Origin: Candidatus Dadabacteria bacterium
Lineage (GTDB): Bacteria; Desulfobacterota_D; UBA1144; Nemesobacterales; CSP1-2
NCBI GenBank assembly: GCA_963805855.1
Contig: CAWDVW010000005.1
Location: forward strand, 160,001 to 224,000
Reading direction: 5' to 3'
Length of the DNA: 64,000 bases
The position numbers and the translations under genes are program-made. The notes beneath the pieces were generated by a model. It was not told the DNA's origin and made no database searches. It saw only the letters and a program-made list of their open reading frames with translations. Position 1 is the first letter of the stretch; every line of letters begins with the position of its first letter. Positions 50,031 to 58,945 of this stretch are shown in pieces.

Positions 50031-50207
50031 AAAATTTTTCTCTTCATCGAAATTGAAATAGCGTCACCCATTAGCCAGCCCCTGTCAATAGGTAAGAGAA
50101 TCTAAAGCAGTAACCATTTGTGGCTAACTTACAAATTAAAGTTCTCATAAATGCAGAAAGATGCAAAGTTCAGGACCCAAGAATCATCAGGATTTCTTTG
50201 TGTAGCT

Positions 50208-50268
50208 GCCCAACTACGCGCTTCAGGCAGCGGGGTTGGACGCGTCGTTCTGCAAGCGGTCATTAGAC
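50208..50268 (-). other. Integron attC site (61 bp)
   Basis: Minus strand GTCTAAT gaccgcttgcag aacgacgcgtccaaccccgctgc ctgaagcgcgta GTTGGGC: RYYYAAC-like...GTTRRRY imperfect palindrome overlapping the gene end. Confidence 0.8.
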
Positions 50269-50660
50269 CTCGTCAGCACCAAAACACCCGAGACAAATAC
50301 AATAGACAATGGCACGAAAAACATTTGCTCCCCCACTAACCCAATCAAAAATGCCACCGGCGAACCATAACCATCAGTCCTTTCCATTCCCCCATTCTCC
50401 ACCACAAACATTGCCCTTTGTGCTGTCTGGAGAAATAGCGGCCACCAAAATAAATTCACTAGAACAAAAGAAATACCAAAAGAGTAACTCTTCTCTTTAC
50501 GAAGTCTCCAATATGTACCCCACCACAAACATAGCATCCCACCCCAAATGAGAATGTGCGCGGCACTCAGATTTACCAACCCGACCACAACAAGAAAGAT
50601 GCATGGGAGGGAGATGAGAGTCACGGCGACTAGAAATGCTCTTTTGTATCTATCCATCAT
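50223..50660 (-). CDS. Integron cassette: hypothetical membrane protein
   Basis: ATG immediately after the upstream attC; several hydrophobic segments; C-terminus reads into the attC (SNDRLQNDA). Confidence 0.7.
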   Translation of the reverse strand: MMDRYKRAFLVAVTLISLPCIFLVVVGLVNLSAAHILIWGGMLCLWWGTYWRLRKEKSYSFGISFVLVNLFWWPLFLQTAQRAMFVVENGGMERTDGYGSPVAFLIGLVGEQMFFVPLSIVFVSGVLVLTRSNDRLQNDASNPAA

Positions 50661-50662
50661 AC

Positions 50663-50761
50663 GTCTATCGGAGGTGCTTAGCCTGCACACTGAACTGCGC
50701 GCCATGTGCGCATGCACGGACAGTGAATCTAGGGACTTTCAGGTTCCGCCACTCGTTGAGC
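50663..50761 (-). other. Degenerate integron attC site (99 bp)
   Basis: Minus strand GCTCAAC gagtggcggAACCTG...cgtgcatgcgcacatgg...GCAGGCTaagcacctcc GATAGAC, between two cassette-like ORFs. Confidence 0.65.
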
Positions 50762-50767
50762 AGCATG

Positions 50768-51031
50768 CTAAATATGCTCATAATGACTAACGATCGCATC
50801 CACCGCCGACTTAGCCGCCTTAAGGTCGACCCCATGAATCTCGCGGTACAGCTTTATAGCTTCGATTTTTCTTCCAAGTCGAACCAGCCGCGCAACATCC
50901 TCCATTGTTCCGCGTTCAGCGGGTGGGTACTCGCCTGATTCCCGAAGTCGACGAATCCTCGCTTTATTAGTGCGATCAAGCAAGAACGCTAACAGGATTA
51001 TTACCAGAGCAACGATGCCAATCGTCTTCAC
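50768..51031 (-). CDS. Integron cassette: membrane-anchored protein with L7/L12 C-terminal-like domain
   Basis: N-terminal TM; GRKIEAIKLYREIHGVDLKAAKSAVD. Confidence 0.75.
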   Translation of the reverse strand: MKTIGIVALVIILLAFLLDRTNKARIRRLRESGEYPPAERGTMEDVARLVRLGRKIEAIKLYREIHGVDLKAAKSAVDAIVSHYEHI

Positions 51032-51135
51032 GCGCCTTTCTTCTCTTCCCGACTAATTATGTGGACAAAAATTTGTATAAACACTCTCTATGTGATGTTA
51101 CTCGAAAAACCTAACCAGTCTTCGCTCTGTCTGAG

Positions 51136-51165
51136 ATTATACGCAATTACGTCTCTTCAGGTCAA
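51136..51165 (-). promoter_or_regulatory. Sigma-70 promoter facing the cassette array (Pc-like)
   Basis: Minus strand TTGACC -18 bp- TATAAT. Confidence 0.6.
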
Positions 51166-51433
51166 TATTTTACAAGAAAAATGCTGGTACAACGCCCAAT
51201 AAGACCCTTCCCGATCGCGTGAATAGCAGGTTGCAAAACAGCAGTTTCTAAATCGAAAAATATCATCAAAGTGAACAATATAAACGCCTCTCTACTCTTG
51301 ATAAAAAATACTACCCCTGTATTTATAAGATCCTGAAACTAGGTCCGAATGACAAGTGACTCTGGATTCCCGATTACTGCATTCGGGAGCAGCAGGTGGT
51401 CGACCAAATACAATAGGGAATAAATATAAAATT

Positions 51434-51502
51434 TAGCGGAGGACTTTAGTACTCCATTTTAAATACTTCGTTTAGCGATGGCGACCTGAAGGTCGCCGCT
51501 AC
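51434..51502. repeat. Inverted pair of GTAG-type REPs
   Basis: TAGCGGAGGACTTTAGTACTCC (+) and GTAGCGGCGACCTTCAGGTCGCC (-). Confidence 0.65.
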
Positions 51503-51525
51503 ATTGATGCTGTGGTAAGAATCTA

Positions 51526-52635
51526 TTAATTATAAACTCTGACAACATTATAGAGAGCGTCGCGTTCAACCGGGGTATAGCCTGAATTTCTTATCATATT
51601 TACCATGAAATCCCTGCTGTGGCCGACCTCGGAGGGAGCGCCCGCATCGTGAATTATCTTCTCTCTGATAATAGTCCCGTCGGCGTCACTGGCACCGTAA
51701 TGAAGGGCAACCTGCGCGGTTTTTTCCCCGAGAGTTATCCAGTAGGCCTTTATATGAGGAAAGTTGTCAAGGTAGAGACGGGCAAGGGCATGAATTTTTA
51801 GATCATAAATCCCGGGGATAAATTTTACCTCTTTCTTGAGTCCTGTATTTTCAGTCTGGAAGAGAACGGGTATAAAGGCAAAGAATCCAGGTGATTCATC
51901 TTCGATCCTTCTGAGCCTCTCAAGGTGATCCACAACATGGAACGGCTCCTCGATATGACCGTATAAAATCGTTGCATTTGTGGGTATCCCCAAGCTATGT
52001 GCTAACTTGTGTATCTCCTCCCACCTTGTGGCAACCGTTTTGGGAGCACATATCTTCTTTCTCACGTCCGGATGAAGGATTTCTGCACCACCTCCTGTGA
52101 GCGCATCCACACCGGTCTCTTTCAGTGTTATCAATACATCCTCTATACCCATACCACTGATCTCCGTAAACCAGTCTATTTCGACCGCGGTAAAGGCCTT
52201 CACATGAGTCTGGGGGAAATGACCTTTGATGAGCTTTACGATGTCCAAATAGTGCTGGAAATCCCATTCAGGATGAAGTCCGCCGACTATATGAACCTCT
52301 CTAATCTCATCATTAAGCATCGATAAAATTTGATCATGTGTCAGTTCATACGCACTGGGCGAGCGTTTGGTGACACCGAAAGCACAAAACCTGCAGGATA
52401 TTGCACAGATGTTTGTGGGATTCACATGCCGGTTTACTACAAAGTAGACCCTGTCGCCTTCCCTCTTCCTCTTTACATAATCCGCCATCATGCCAACCGT
52501 ATGAAGGTCGTCGGTCTCTAGTAACTTGAGTCCATCCTCAAACGTTAATCGCTTTTCCTCCCGCACCTTATCAAGGATTGGTAATAGCGATTTGTCCTGG
52601 CAAAGGATCTCTATCTTTTCCAATAATCCTTCCAT
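51526..52635 (-). CDS. mqnE: Aminofutalosine synthase MqnE (radical SAM)
   Basis: NRHVNPTNICAISCRFCAF, EVHIVGGLHP, GGGAEI, NATILYGHIE, HIKAYW, ERDALYN; clustered with ubiD/ubiX/ubiA. Confidence 0.9.
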   Translation of the reverse strand: MEGLLEKIEILCQDKSLLPILDKVREEKRLTFEDGLKLLETDDLHTVGMMADYVKRKREGDRVYFVVNRHVNPTNICAISCRFCAFGVTKRSPSAYELTHDQILSMLNDEIREVHIVGGLHPEWDFQHYLDIVKLIKGHFPQTHVKAFTAVEIDWFTEISGMGIEDVLITLKETGVDALTGGGAEILHPDVRKKICAPKTVATRWEEIHKLAHSLGIPTNATILYGHIEEPFHVVDHLERLRRIEDESPGFFAFIPVLFQTENTGLKKEVKFIPGIYDLKIHALARLYLDNFPHIKAYWITLGEKTAQVALHYGASDADGTIIREKIIHDAGAPSEVGHSRDFMVNMIRNSGYTPVERDALYNVVRVYN

Positions 52636-54378
52636 CTCTTACTTACCTTCTTCTTAATTTCATCCGACATGTCAATGACCTCAGGATACCACTCTTTTAT
52701 TGTCGCATCTATCCCCATTCTTCCATCATATATTACAGCCGATCCGCTAAGCTCGATATGCTCAAATATTACATCAAGATACGGATCAAACCTAGTAAAT
52801 ATACCCCAAATAACCTCCGTGTCATCATGTATCTCAATATCAGGACTCACAATTGAAATGATTCTTATATCCTCATAACCCGGCGTTTCGAAGATCTTCT
52901 TTATCACATCTTTCGGTTCCTTATGCACCTTCAATACAAGAAAGCCACCGGGGAGCAGTCGGAAATCAATTATCTCCTTATGCTTTTCTCTCGGATCGGA
53001 AACCCGCTTGGGCAGTTTCCTCTTTTTTTCTCCCGGCGCGTCTTACAGCGTTTATACCCATCTTACTCCCGACATTCATTTTTCCGCTTGTAAAGTCTAA
53101 AGTATCGAGCGGCGCCCATGGAATAAGCACAAAATCCTCCCGAGGATCAAAATTCTCCCCAATCTCAGTAAGAACCGCTTCCATGTCCCTGGGATTAACA
53201 TCGCTTGAAACCATTACCATACATTTTGTCAGAAGAAGCTGACCTATACCCCAAAGAGCAAGCATAGCCTTTATACCGTTTTTTGGATATCTCTCATCTA
53301 CCGAAACCGCCAGGAGATTATGAAACCCCGCGGCAGGGTAAGCCCACATGTCCTTAACCTCTGGCTGCACAATCCTTATCAAAGGGGAAAACATCTCGGC
53401 AGCGGCTATTCCAAGATACACGTCCTCCATAGTGGGTTTTCCAACAACTGTAGATGGATAAATGGGATTGTTCCTGAATGTAATTTCCCTAACATTAAAT
53501 ATTGGAAAATCGGCTTCCATAGAATAATGACCAAAATGGTCGCCAAATGGTCCCTCCTCCCTCAAAACTTCCTGAGGGACAACCCCTTCAATTATAAATT
53601 CCGCGTTACCCGGAACTCTGAGGGAAATAGATTTGCCCCGTATCATTGGAATCGGCTTACCCCTCAAATAACTTGCAAAGGCCAATTCATCCATGCCCTC
53701 AGGGAGAGGAGCAATTGCACTAAAGATCATCTTTGGATCACCGCCCAGTATCACAGCCGCATCGAGGTCTCTCCCAAGTTTTGAGGCTTCGTGATAATGT
53801 GCAGCACCACCTTTGTGCGGGTGCCAGTGCATTGCTGTTGTTTTATCATCAAATATTTGCATCCTGTATATTCCGAGATTTCTACGGTTGGATACCGGGT
53901 CCTGGGTCAGAATTAATCCAAGTGTGATGAACCTTCCACCATCCTTGGGCCAGCATTTCATGATAGGAAGTTTGCCAAGATCCGGCTGGATTCGATTCTC
54001 CTGGACGATTCCGTTTTTCACATTCTTTGTCCTCATTGAGAGAAGGCCAAAGAGCTTTGGAAATATCGAGAAGAACGATTTTATTGATGGAGGGTTTAAC
54101 TTTTCAAAAATATTAACAAGCTCCTCACCCACTTCCTTCGGCTTTCTTCCCAGTGCCAGCTCAACTCTCTCCTCAGTTCCAAATAGATTGATTGCCAGAG
54201 GAAAGGAGGCACCCTTTACGTTCTCAAATACAAGTGCCGTCCCCTTTTCCTTAGCGACTCTGGAGTATATCTCTGTGATCTCGAGAATCGGATCAACCTC
54301 AGCTTTGACCCTGGTCAAATCACCAATGGCCTCGAGATAGGTAATATATTCCTGAAGATCTTCAAAATTCTTCTTCAT
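52611..54378 (-). CDS. ubiD: UbiD-family menaquinone biosynthesis decarboxylase (MqnL-like), frameshift in a homopolymer near 53025
   Basis: WPKDGGRFIT, RNLGIYRMQ, EGPFGDHFGHY, VGKP..ED, LDTLD, GSKMGINA; the C-terminal part continues in 52934-52611. Confidence 0.9.
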
Positions 54379-54530
54379 TTATGATTTTAGGACCTTTCGT
54401 TATACGTTTGAACCTTGATTATACCATTTTCCGGCGACTGTTCACCACAGACGTACCGAGCAAGAATTACCACTGAATTTAAACTTAGCTTTCCGATTGT
54501 CTTTACCGCACCGTTAGTTTGAAAAATGAG

Positions 54531-54661
54531 AAAACGAGACGCAAACCTGTTAACTCGAAGCTTTTTGTCATTGGCCAGAAGGCTACGCCTCCCTGGGCCT
54601 GAAGGTTAAAGGTTCTAAGCCCCGCCAAAGTAGCCGGTAGTCGCAGGATGTTGGACTGCGT
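54531..54661 (-). ncRNA. Putative structured ncRNA, copy A
   Basis: Homologous to 55958-56088. Stems ACGCAG/TTGCGT, GGCTAC/GTAGCC and GGGCTT/AGGCCC, loop CCTTTAACC, T-tract. G-U pairs favour the minus strand. Confidence 0.6.
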
Positions 54662-54709
54662 ATAATATAAAACAAACTTTCAGGGGGGTAGCAAAAAAAA
54701 CAACGAAGA

Positions 54710-54739
54710 TGTCCTAAAAAATTTCAGATCCATCGTCGT
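54710..54739 (+). promoter_or_regulatory. ECF-type promoter, copy A
   Basis: TGTCCT-N17-TCGTCGT; repeated at 56134 and 57115. Confidence 0.7.
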
Positions 54740-54876
54740 TATTATGAATATGAAACAAGACCTAGCGAAAGAGTGTATAAAATGATGCGAATCCTGTAGG
54801 CTTGCACCAGACAATAGACAAGTTGGCTGCACATCTGAAATAATTTTGGTCAACTTGATGAAAAGGAGAAATTCAT

Positions 54877-54986
54877 ATGCAAAAAATCACACCATGCCTG
54901 TGGTTCGATAGCAACGACGTGGAGTTCGAGAGTCATGCCTCGTTACTATCGGCCTGGCAAGCTTGACAACGGCCGCTAACATCTAG
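54877..54986 (+). pseudogene. Internally deleted VOC (PhnB/3-dmu-9 3-mt family) gene
   Basis: AAGGAG RBS then MQKITPCLWFDSN; homology is lost after ~13 codons. Confidence 0.7.
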
Positions 54987-55048
54987 AATGTGAAAGCATA
55001 AATATAGTTTGATAATAAATCCAAACGAAACAATGGGAGAATGGAAAA

Positions 55049-55480
55049 ATGGCAACGATTAATCCTTATTTAAACTTTAATGGCAACACCGAAGAGGCAT
55101 TTAATTTTTATAAATCAGTATTTGGCGGAGAATTTATGGTTTTAATGCGTTGGAAAGACGCACCTGAGGCGGACAAGATACCTGCATCAGATCACGAGAA
55201 AATTATGCATGTCTCTTTACCCATCGGAAAAGGAAACGTCCTCATGGCAACCGACGCTTTGGAATCATGCGGACATTCCCTAACCCAGGGAAACAATTTC
55301 TATATTTCGATTAATGCTGAAAGCGAAGAAGAAGCAAATCGTTTATTCAATGGACTTTCAGCAGGTGGGCAGGTAACAATGGCGCTCCATAAGGCTTTTT
55401 GGGGTGCATATTTTGGAATGTTTACCGACAAGTTTGGAATTCAATGGATGGTAAGCCACGACTATAATCAACAGAAATAA
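55049..55480 (+). CDS. VOC family protein (PhnB-like)
   Basis: INPYLNFNGNTEEAFNFYKSVFGG, KIMHVSL, FWGAYFGM.TDKFGIQWM. Confidence 0.93.
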   Translation: MATINPYLNFNGNTEEAFNFYKSVFGGEFMVLMRWKDAPEADKIPASDHEKIMHVSLPIGKGNVLMATDALESCGHSLTQGNNFYISINAESEEEANRLFNGLSAGGQVTMALHKAFWGAYFGMFTDKFGIQWMVSHDYNQQK

Positions 55481-55495
55481 CATGGGAGAATCAAA

Positions 55496-55945
55496 ATGAT
55501 AAGAACAAGTTTGAAGCGCTTCTTTCAGCCCGTTTCTCTGCCGACCTTTGCGTCGGCCGCGCTTCTCGTGCTTCGCCTGATCGTAGGAGCCGCGTTTGTA
55601 TTTCATGGCTGGGGAAAAATCCAGACTCCGTTTGGTTGGAATCCTCCTGAGTCTCCTGTTTTCATTCCCGTTATATTCCAGTTATTGGCGGCAATCTCGG
55701 AGTTCGGTGGCGGAATTGCCTGGATACTCGGGCTCTTGACTCCTATCGCGTCACTGGGAATCGGCTGTACCATGGCGGTGGCTGTTTATTTACACTCGAT
55801 GGTAATGAAGGATCCATTCGTTAATTTGACCGGCGGGTCCTCATACGAGCCGGCCTTGGTCTATCTCGGGATTGCCCTGGTTTTTCTCGCGCTGGGACCC
55901 GGAAAATTCTCGTTAGATGAGGGGATATTTGGAGAGCACAAATGA
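55496..55945 (+). CDS. DoxX family membrane protein
   Basis: LLVLRLIVG..F..HGW.K, SEFGGG...LGLLT, GPGKFSLD. Confidence 0.92.
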   Translation: MIRTSLKRFFQPVSLPTFASAALLVLRLIVGAAFVFHGWGKIQTPFGWNPPESPVFIPVIFQLLAAISEFGGGIAWILGLLTPIASLGIGCTMAVAVYLHSMVMKDPFVNLTGGSSYEPALVYLGIALVFLALGPGKFSLDEGIFGEHK

Positions 55946-55957
55946 GAAGAGTAATGG

Positions 55958-56088
55958 AAAAAAGAGGAGCGCGACCCCTTCTCATCGAAGCAGCTTGCCG
56001 ACAGCCGGAAGCCTAATCCTTTTAGCGCGTCATGGTTAAGGCTTAAAGCGCGCAAGGCACCTGGTAGCCGCAAAAGATTCAATCGCGT
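55958..56088 (-). ncRNA. Putative structured ncRNA, copy B
   Basis: Stems GCGATT/GGTCGC, GCGGCT/AGCTGC and CCTT-GCGCG/CGCGC-AAGG, loop containing CCTTAACC, T6 tail. Upstream promoter TTGCCC-16-TAGATT. Confidence 0.6.
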
Positions 56089-56133
56089 ATAATCTAGGAG
56101 TAATGTTCGGGAGGGCAAGAAAATTAATGAAAG

Positions 56134-56162
56134 TGTCCTTACATGTCTCTCCCATTCGTCGT
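56134..56162 (+). promoter_or_regulatory. ECF-type promoter, copy B
   Basis: TGTCCT-N16-TCGTCGT upstream of DUF899. Confidence 0.7.
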
Positions 56163-56203
56163 ATTCATGAATACGGACAAAACTGTACCAAGGAGAATTC
56201 ATC

Positions 56204-56980
56204 ATGACTAAAAACAAGATAGAGCAACCGAAAGTCGTGTTGCGGGACGAATGGCTCGCTGCACGTAAAGAATTTCTCCGGAAGGAGAAGGAGTTCACTC
56301 GGTTGCGCGACCAGTTGAGCGCTGAGCGGCGTCAGCTGCCCTGGGTCAAGGTGGACAAAAATTACGTCTTCAACGGATCCGGCGGAAAAGAGACGCTCTC
56401 AGACCTCTTCGAGGGACGTAGGCAATTAATCGTTTACCACTTCATGTTTGACCCCGATTGGGAGGAGGGCTGCAAATCGTGCTCATTGCTCGCGGACCAT
56501 TACAACCCGGCAATCGTTCATCTGAATCACAGGGACGTCTCGATGGTCACAATTTCCCGGGCTCCGCTGGAGAAGCTTCTTGCGTTTCGGAAGCGGATGG
56601 GATGGACGTTTAAGTGGGTGTCGTCATTCGATAGTGATTTTAATCGCGACTTTAATGTAACGTTCACGGCGGAAGAGTTGGAAAGCAATACGGCCAATTA
56701 CAACTACGATTTCAAGCCATTTCCGGTGACCGAAGCACCGGGAATCAGTGTATTCTTCAAAGACGATGACGGAAACATCTTCCACACCTACTCTTCCTAT
56801 GCTCGTGGACTTGACATATTCATCAGCGCCTACAATCTTCTTGATATCGTTCCCAAGGGGCGGGACGAGGACGGTTTGCGTTACACCATGGAGTGGATTC
56901 GCCATCACGACCGTTATGACGACGTCACATTCGTTGACCCATATGTAGAGTTGATACCGCGCGGTTCCGGTGAGTCATAA
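56204..56980 (+). CDS. DUF899 (thioredoxin-like) protein
   Basis: EWLAARKE.L.KEKE.TR.RD.L.AERR.LPWVKV, QLIVYHFMF, GCKSCS, HTYSSYARG, LD..PKGRDE, W.RHHDRY. Confidence 0.94.
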   Translation: MTKNKIEQPKVVLRDEWLAARKEFLRKEKEFTRLRDQLSAERRQLPWVKVDKNYVFNGSGGKETLSDLFEGRRQLIVYHFMFDPDWEEGCKSCSLLADHYNPAIVHLNHRDVSMVTISRAPLEKLLAFRKRMGWTFKWVSSFDSDFNRDFNVTFTAEELESNTANYNYDFKPFPVTEAPGISVFFKDDDGNIFHTYSSYARGLDIFISAYNLLDIVPKGRDEDGLRYTMEWIRHHDRYDDVTFVDPYVELIPRGSGES

Positions 56981-57114
56981 AGTCAGGTGGGTTCACCATG
57001 AGAATCGATCTTTTAAGCCCGAGCGCACGCGAGAAATCTGGTTGTACCAATTATTCTGAGTCCGTATAATATAAAAGGAATGTACAGTAGCGGCAAAGAA
57101 AAAATCAACCAAGG

Positions 57115-57143
57115 TGTCCTCAACACTTTCTCTCGCTCGTCGT
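57115..57143 (+). promoter_or_regulatory. ECF-type promoter, copy C
   Basis: TGTCCT-N16-TCGTCGT upstream of the sigma-factor remnant. Confidence 0.7.
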
Positions 57144-57184
57144 ATTAGTGAAACTAAACAGAACCATATTGGTAGGAATATTAT

Positions 57185-57388
57185 GTTCGGAATCGGGAGC
57201 AGTTGAATTCTTACTATTTGCTTTACGCGGCGCTAGGCAAGTTCGAATCGCTTCTCAGCAATCGACAGGCCGCTATCAATTATTTTCGCAAGTCGCTTGA
57301 GCTGGCAACCATCAAATCGGAAATGAAGTTCTTGTCCAAAAGACTACGTGCCCTCGAAGACCCGGGAATAGCGATTAGCGCGTCTTGA
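57185..57388 (+). pseudogene. C-terminal TPR remnant of an ECF42-like (DUF6596) sigma factor
   Basis: LNSYYLLYAALG......RQAAINYFRKSLELAT..SE.KFL.KRL matches the C-terminus of that family; the sigma-2 and sigma-4 domains are missing. Confidence 0.7.
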
Positions 57389-57440
57389 CATAAACCAAAG
57401 TTATTAAGAAAGCACAAAGTCAAACAATGACCCCATTAAG

Positions 57441-57992
57441 CTAATCCAGTTCCTGGTGCATCCAACCGTTCGGAACCTCGACGCCTATGACGTTTAGGAT
57501 CTTATTCACATAACCCTCAACAAGGTCATTTACCGAATTTGCCTTAATATAATGTGGCGGGCTGATTGGCATTATAACGGCACCCTCCCGCGAAAGCTTG
57601 AGTGCATTCTCAAGGGCGATTGAGCTAAGAGGGGTTTCCCTGATAGCAAGTACAATCCTTCTTTTCTCTTTGAGCGCGACCTGTGCAACCCTCGTTATGA
57701 GGGTATCTGCTATCCCGTTGGCGATCTTAGCCAATGTAGAAACGGAGCAGGGAACGATGACAAGAGAGTCGAAATGGTTGCTCCCGGAAGAGAATGGAGC
57801 AGCTAGGTCCCAGTCATCAAAGGTTTTTTTCGCCCAGGGCGCAAGCTCTTCTATCTTAACACCCAATTCTTCATGCAGTACTCTCTTTCCCCACTTACTC
57901 GCAATCAGAAACTTTTCATCGGGGCATCTCCTGAGAAAATCTACGCCATATATTACCCCTGAAGCCCCTGTAATGCCTACAATGGTTCGCAT
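57441..57992 (-). CDS. ubiX: UbiX flavin prenyltransferase
   Basis: VGITGASG..YG, APFSSGS, PCSVSTLAKIA.G, ALKE.R, RETP. Confidence 0.95.
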   Translation of the reverse strand: MRTIVGITGASGVIYGVDFLRRCPDEKFLIASKWGKRVLHEELGVKIEELAPWAKKTFDDWDLAAPFSSGSNHFDSLVIVPCSVSTLAKIANGIADTLITRVAQVALKEKRRIVLAIRETPLSSIALENALKLSREGAVIMPISPPHYIKANSVNDLVEGYVNKILNVIGVEVPNGWMHQELD

Positions 57993-57993
57993 T

Positions 57994-58836
57994 TCAAGGT
58001 AAGTATATCCCAGAGATTACAAAAATAAAAACAAAAAACCCTACCAAGATGTTGATTTTAAAAAAAGCCAGGTCCACATTTGACGACTTCTTGTATTCCA
58101 AGAATAGAAGAAGGCCTGATACAAACAAAAACGGCAGCGCATACAGGGTATTAAACTTATATAAATAAAGAATTACGAGCACAATAAACGCGAAAAAATG
58201 CAGCAAAGCCGAAATCGATAGAGCCCTTTTCGTCCCGAAAACCGAAACAAGAGAGAAGACACCGCTTTCTCTATCAGATTCCTCGTCAAGGGTTGCATAT
58301 ATGATATCAAAACCGGAAACCCAACATAAGGTAAAAAGAGATAGAAGTATAGCTGGTAACAAGCCACCCAGTGAACAAGTAACCGCTACCCAACCTCCTA
58401 GAGGAGCAAGTGCCAGTCCAAGGCCAACCCCAAAATGACAGAGGTAAGTAAATCTCTTCATGTATGGGTATGAGACGAAGACGATTAGCGGAATAGGTGA
58501 GAGATATAGAACGAGATCGCAGATCAAAGATGCGGAAATAATGTATACCAGGATTCCCGCACAGGTTATCGCTAAGGCGCCTCTAAGCGAAATCACGCCC
58601 GAGGGTAGTTCCCTGCCTGCAGTTCGAGGGTTTCTTCTATCAATTTCTCGGTCAATGATTCTGTTCAGTCCGAGTGCCGCTGTCCTCGCTCCAATACCTG
58701 CAAAAAGAATTAGTATCAACAATTTTATATTGGGAACACCGTCGGCAGCTAAAAAGGCGCCTGATAAAATCAAAGGGAGTGAAAAAAGGGTATGTTCAAC
58801 CTTTATAAAGCTCCCATAGTTTCTGAGGTTCTTCAT
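57994..58836 (-). CDS. ubiA: UbiA-family polyprenyltransferase (MqnP-like)
   Basis: IK.EHTLFSLP, ARTAA...NRIIDR.ID..NPRT..RELP.G, WVSGFDIIYA.LD..SD. Confidence 0.93.
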   Translation of the reverse strand: MKNLRNYGSFIKVEHTLFSLPLILSGAFLAADGVPNIKLLILILFAGIGARTAALGLNRIIDREIDRRNPRTAGRELPSGVISLRGALAITCAGILVYIISASLICDLVLYLSPIPLIVFVSYPYMKRFTYLCHFGVGLGLALAPLGGWVAVTCSLGGLLPAILLSLFTLCWVSGFDIIYATLDEESDRESGVFSLVSVFGTKRALSISALLHFFAFIVLVILYLYKFNTLYALPFLFVSGLLLFLEYKKSSNVDLAFFKINILVGFFVFIFVISGIYLP

Positions 58837-58945
58837 TTTCGACAGGATTTTACCCGATTTGGGTTTATTAATAAGGAATATGATCCTATTTGTGGATGTT
58901 AGATAATTCGGAGACAGAACCTTTAAACCTGTTATGTTAAATTAC

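Noticed and set aside
50661-50717. N-terminal extension of the 164-aa ORF (MHAHMARSS...)
   Set aside because: It lies within the attC site; the real start is probably the ATG at 50660.
53015-53035. Programmed frameshift in ubiD at the A7 run
   Set aside because: A homopolymer sequencing error is more parsimonious given the other indels in the window; no stimulatory structure was noticed.
54531-56088. Canonical 6S RNA, SRP RNA or tRNA for the repeated structured element
   Set aside because: Shorter than typical 6S RNA, no SRP GGAA-loop domain, no cloverleaf. Kept as an unknown ncRNA.
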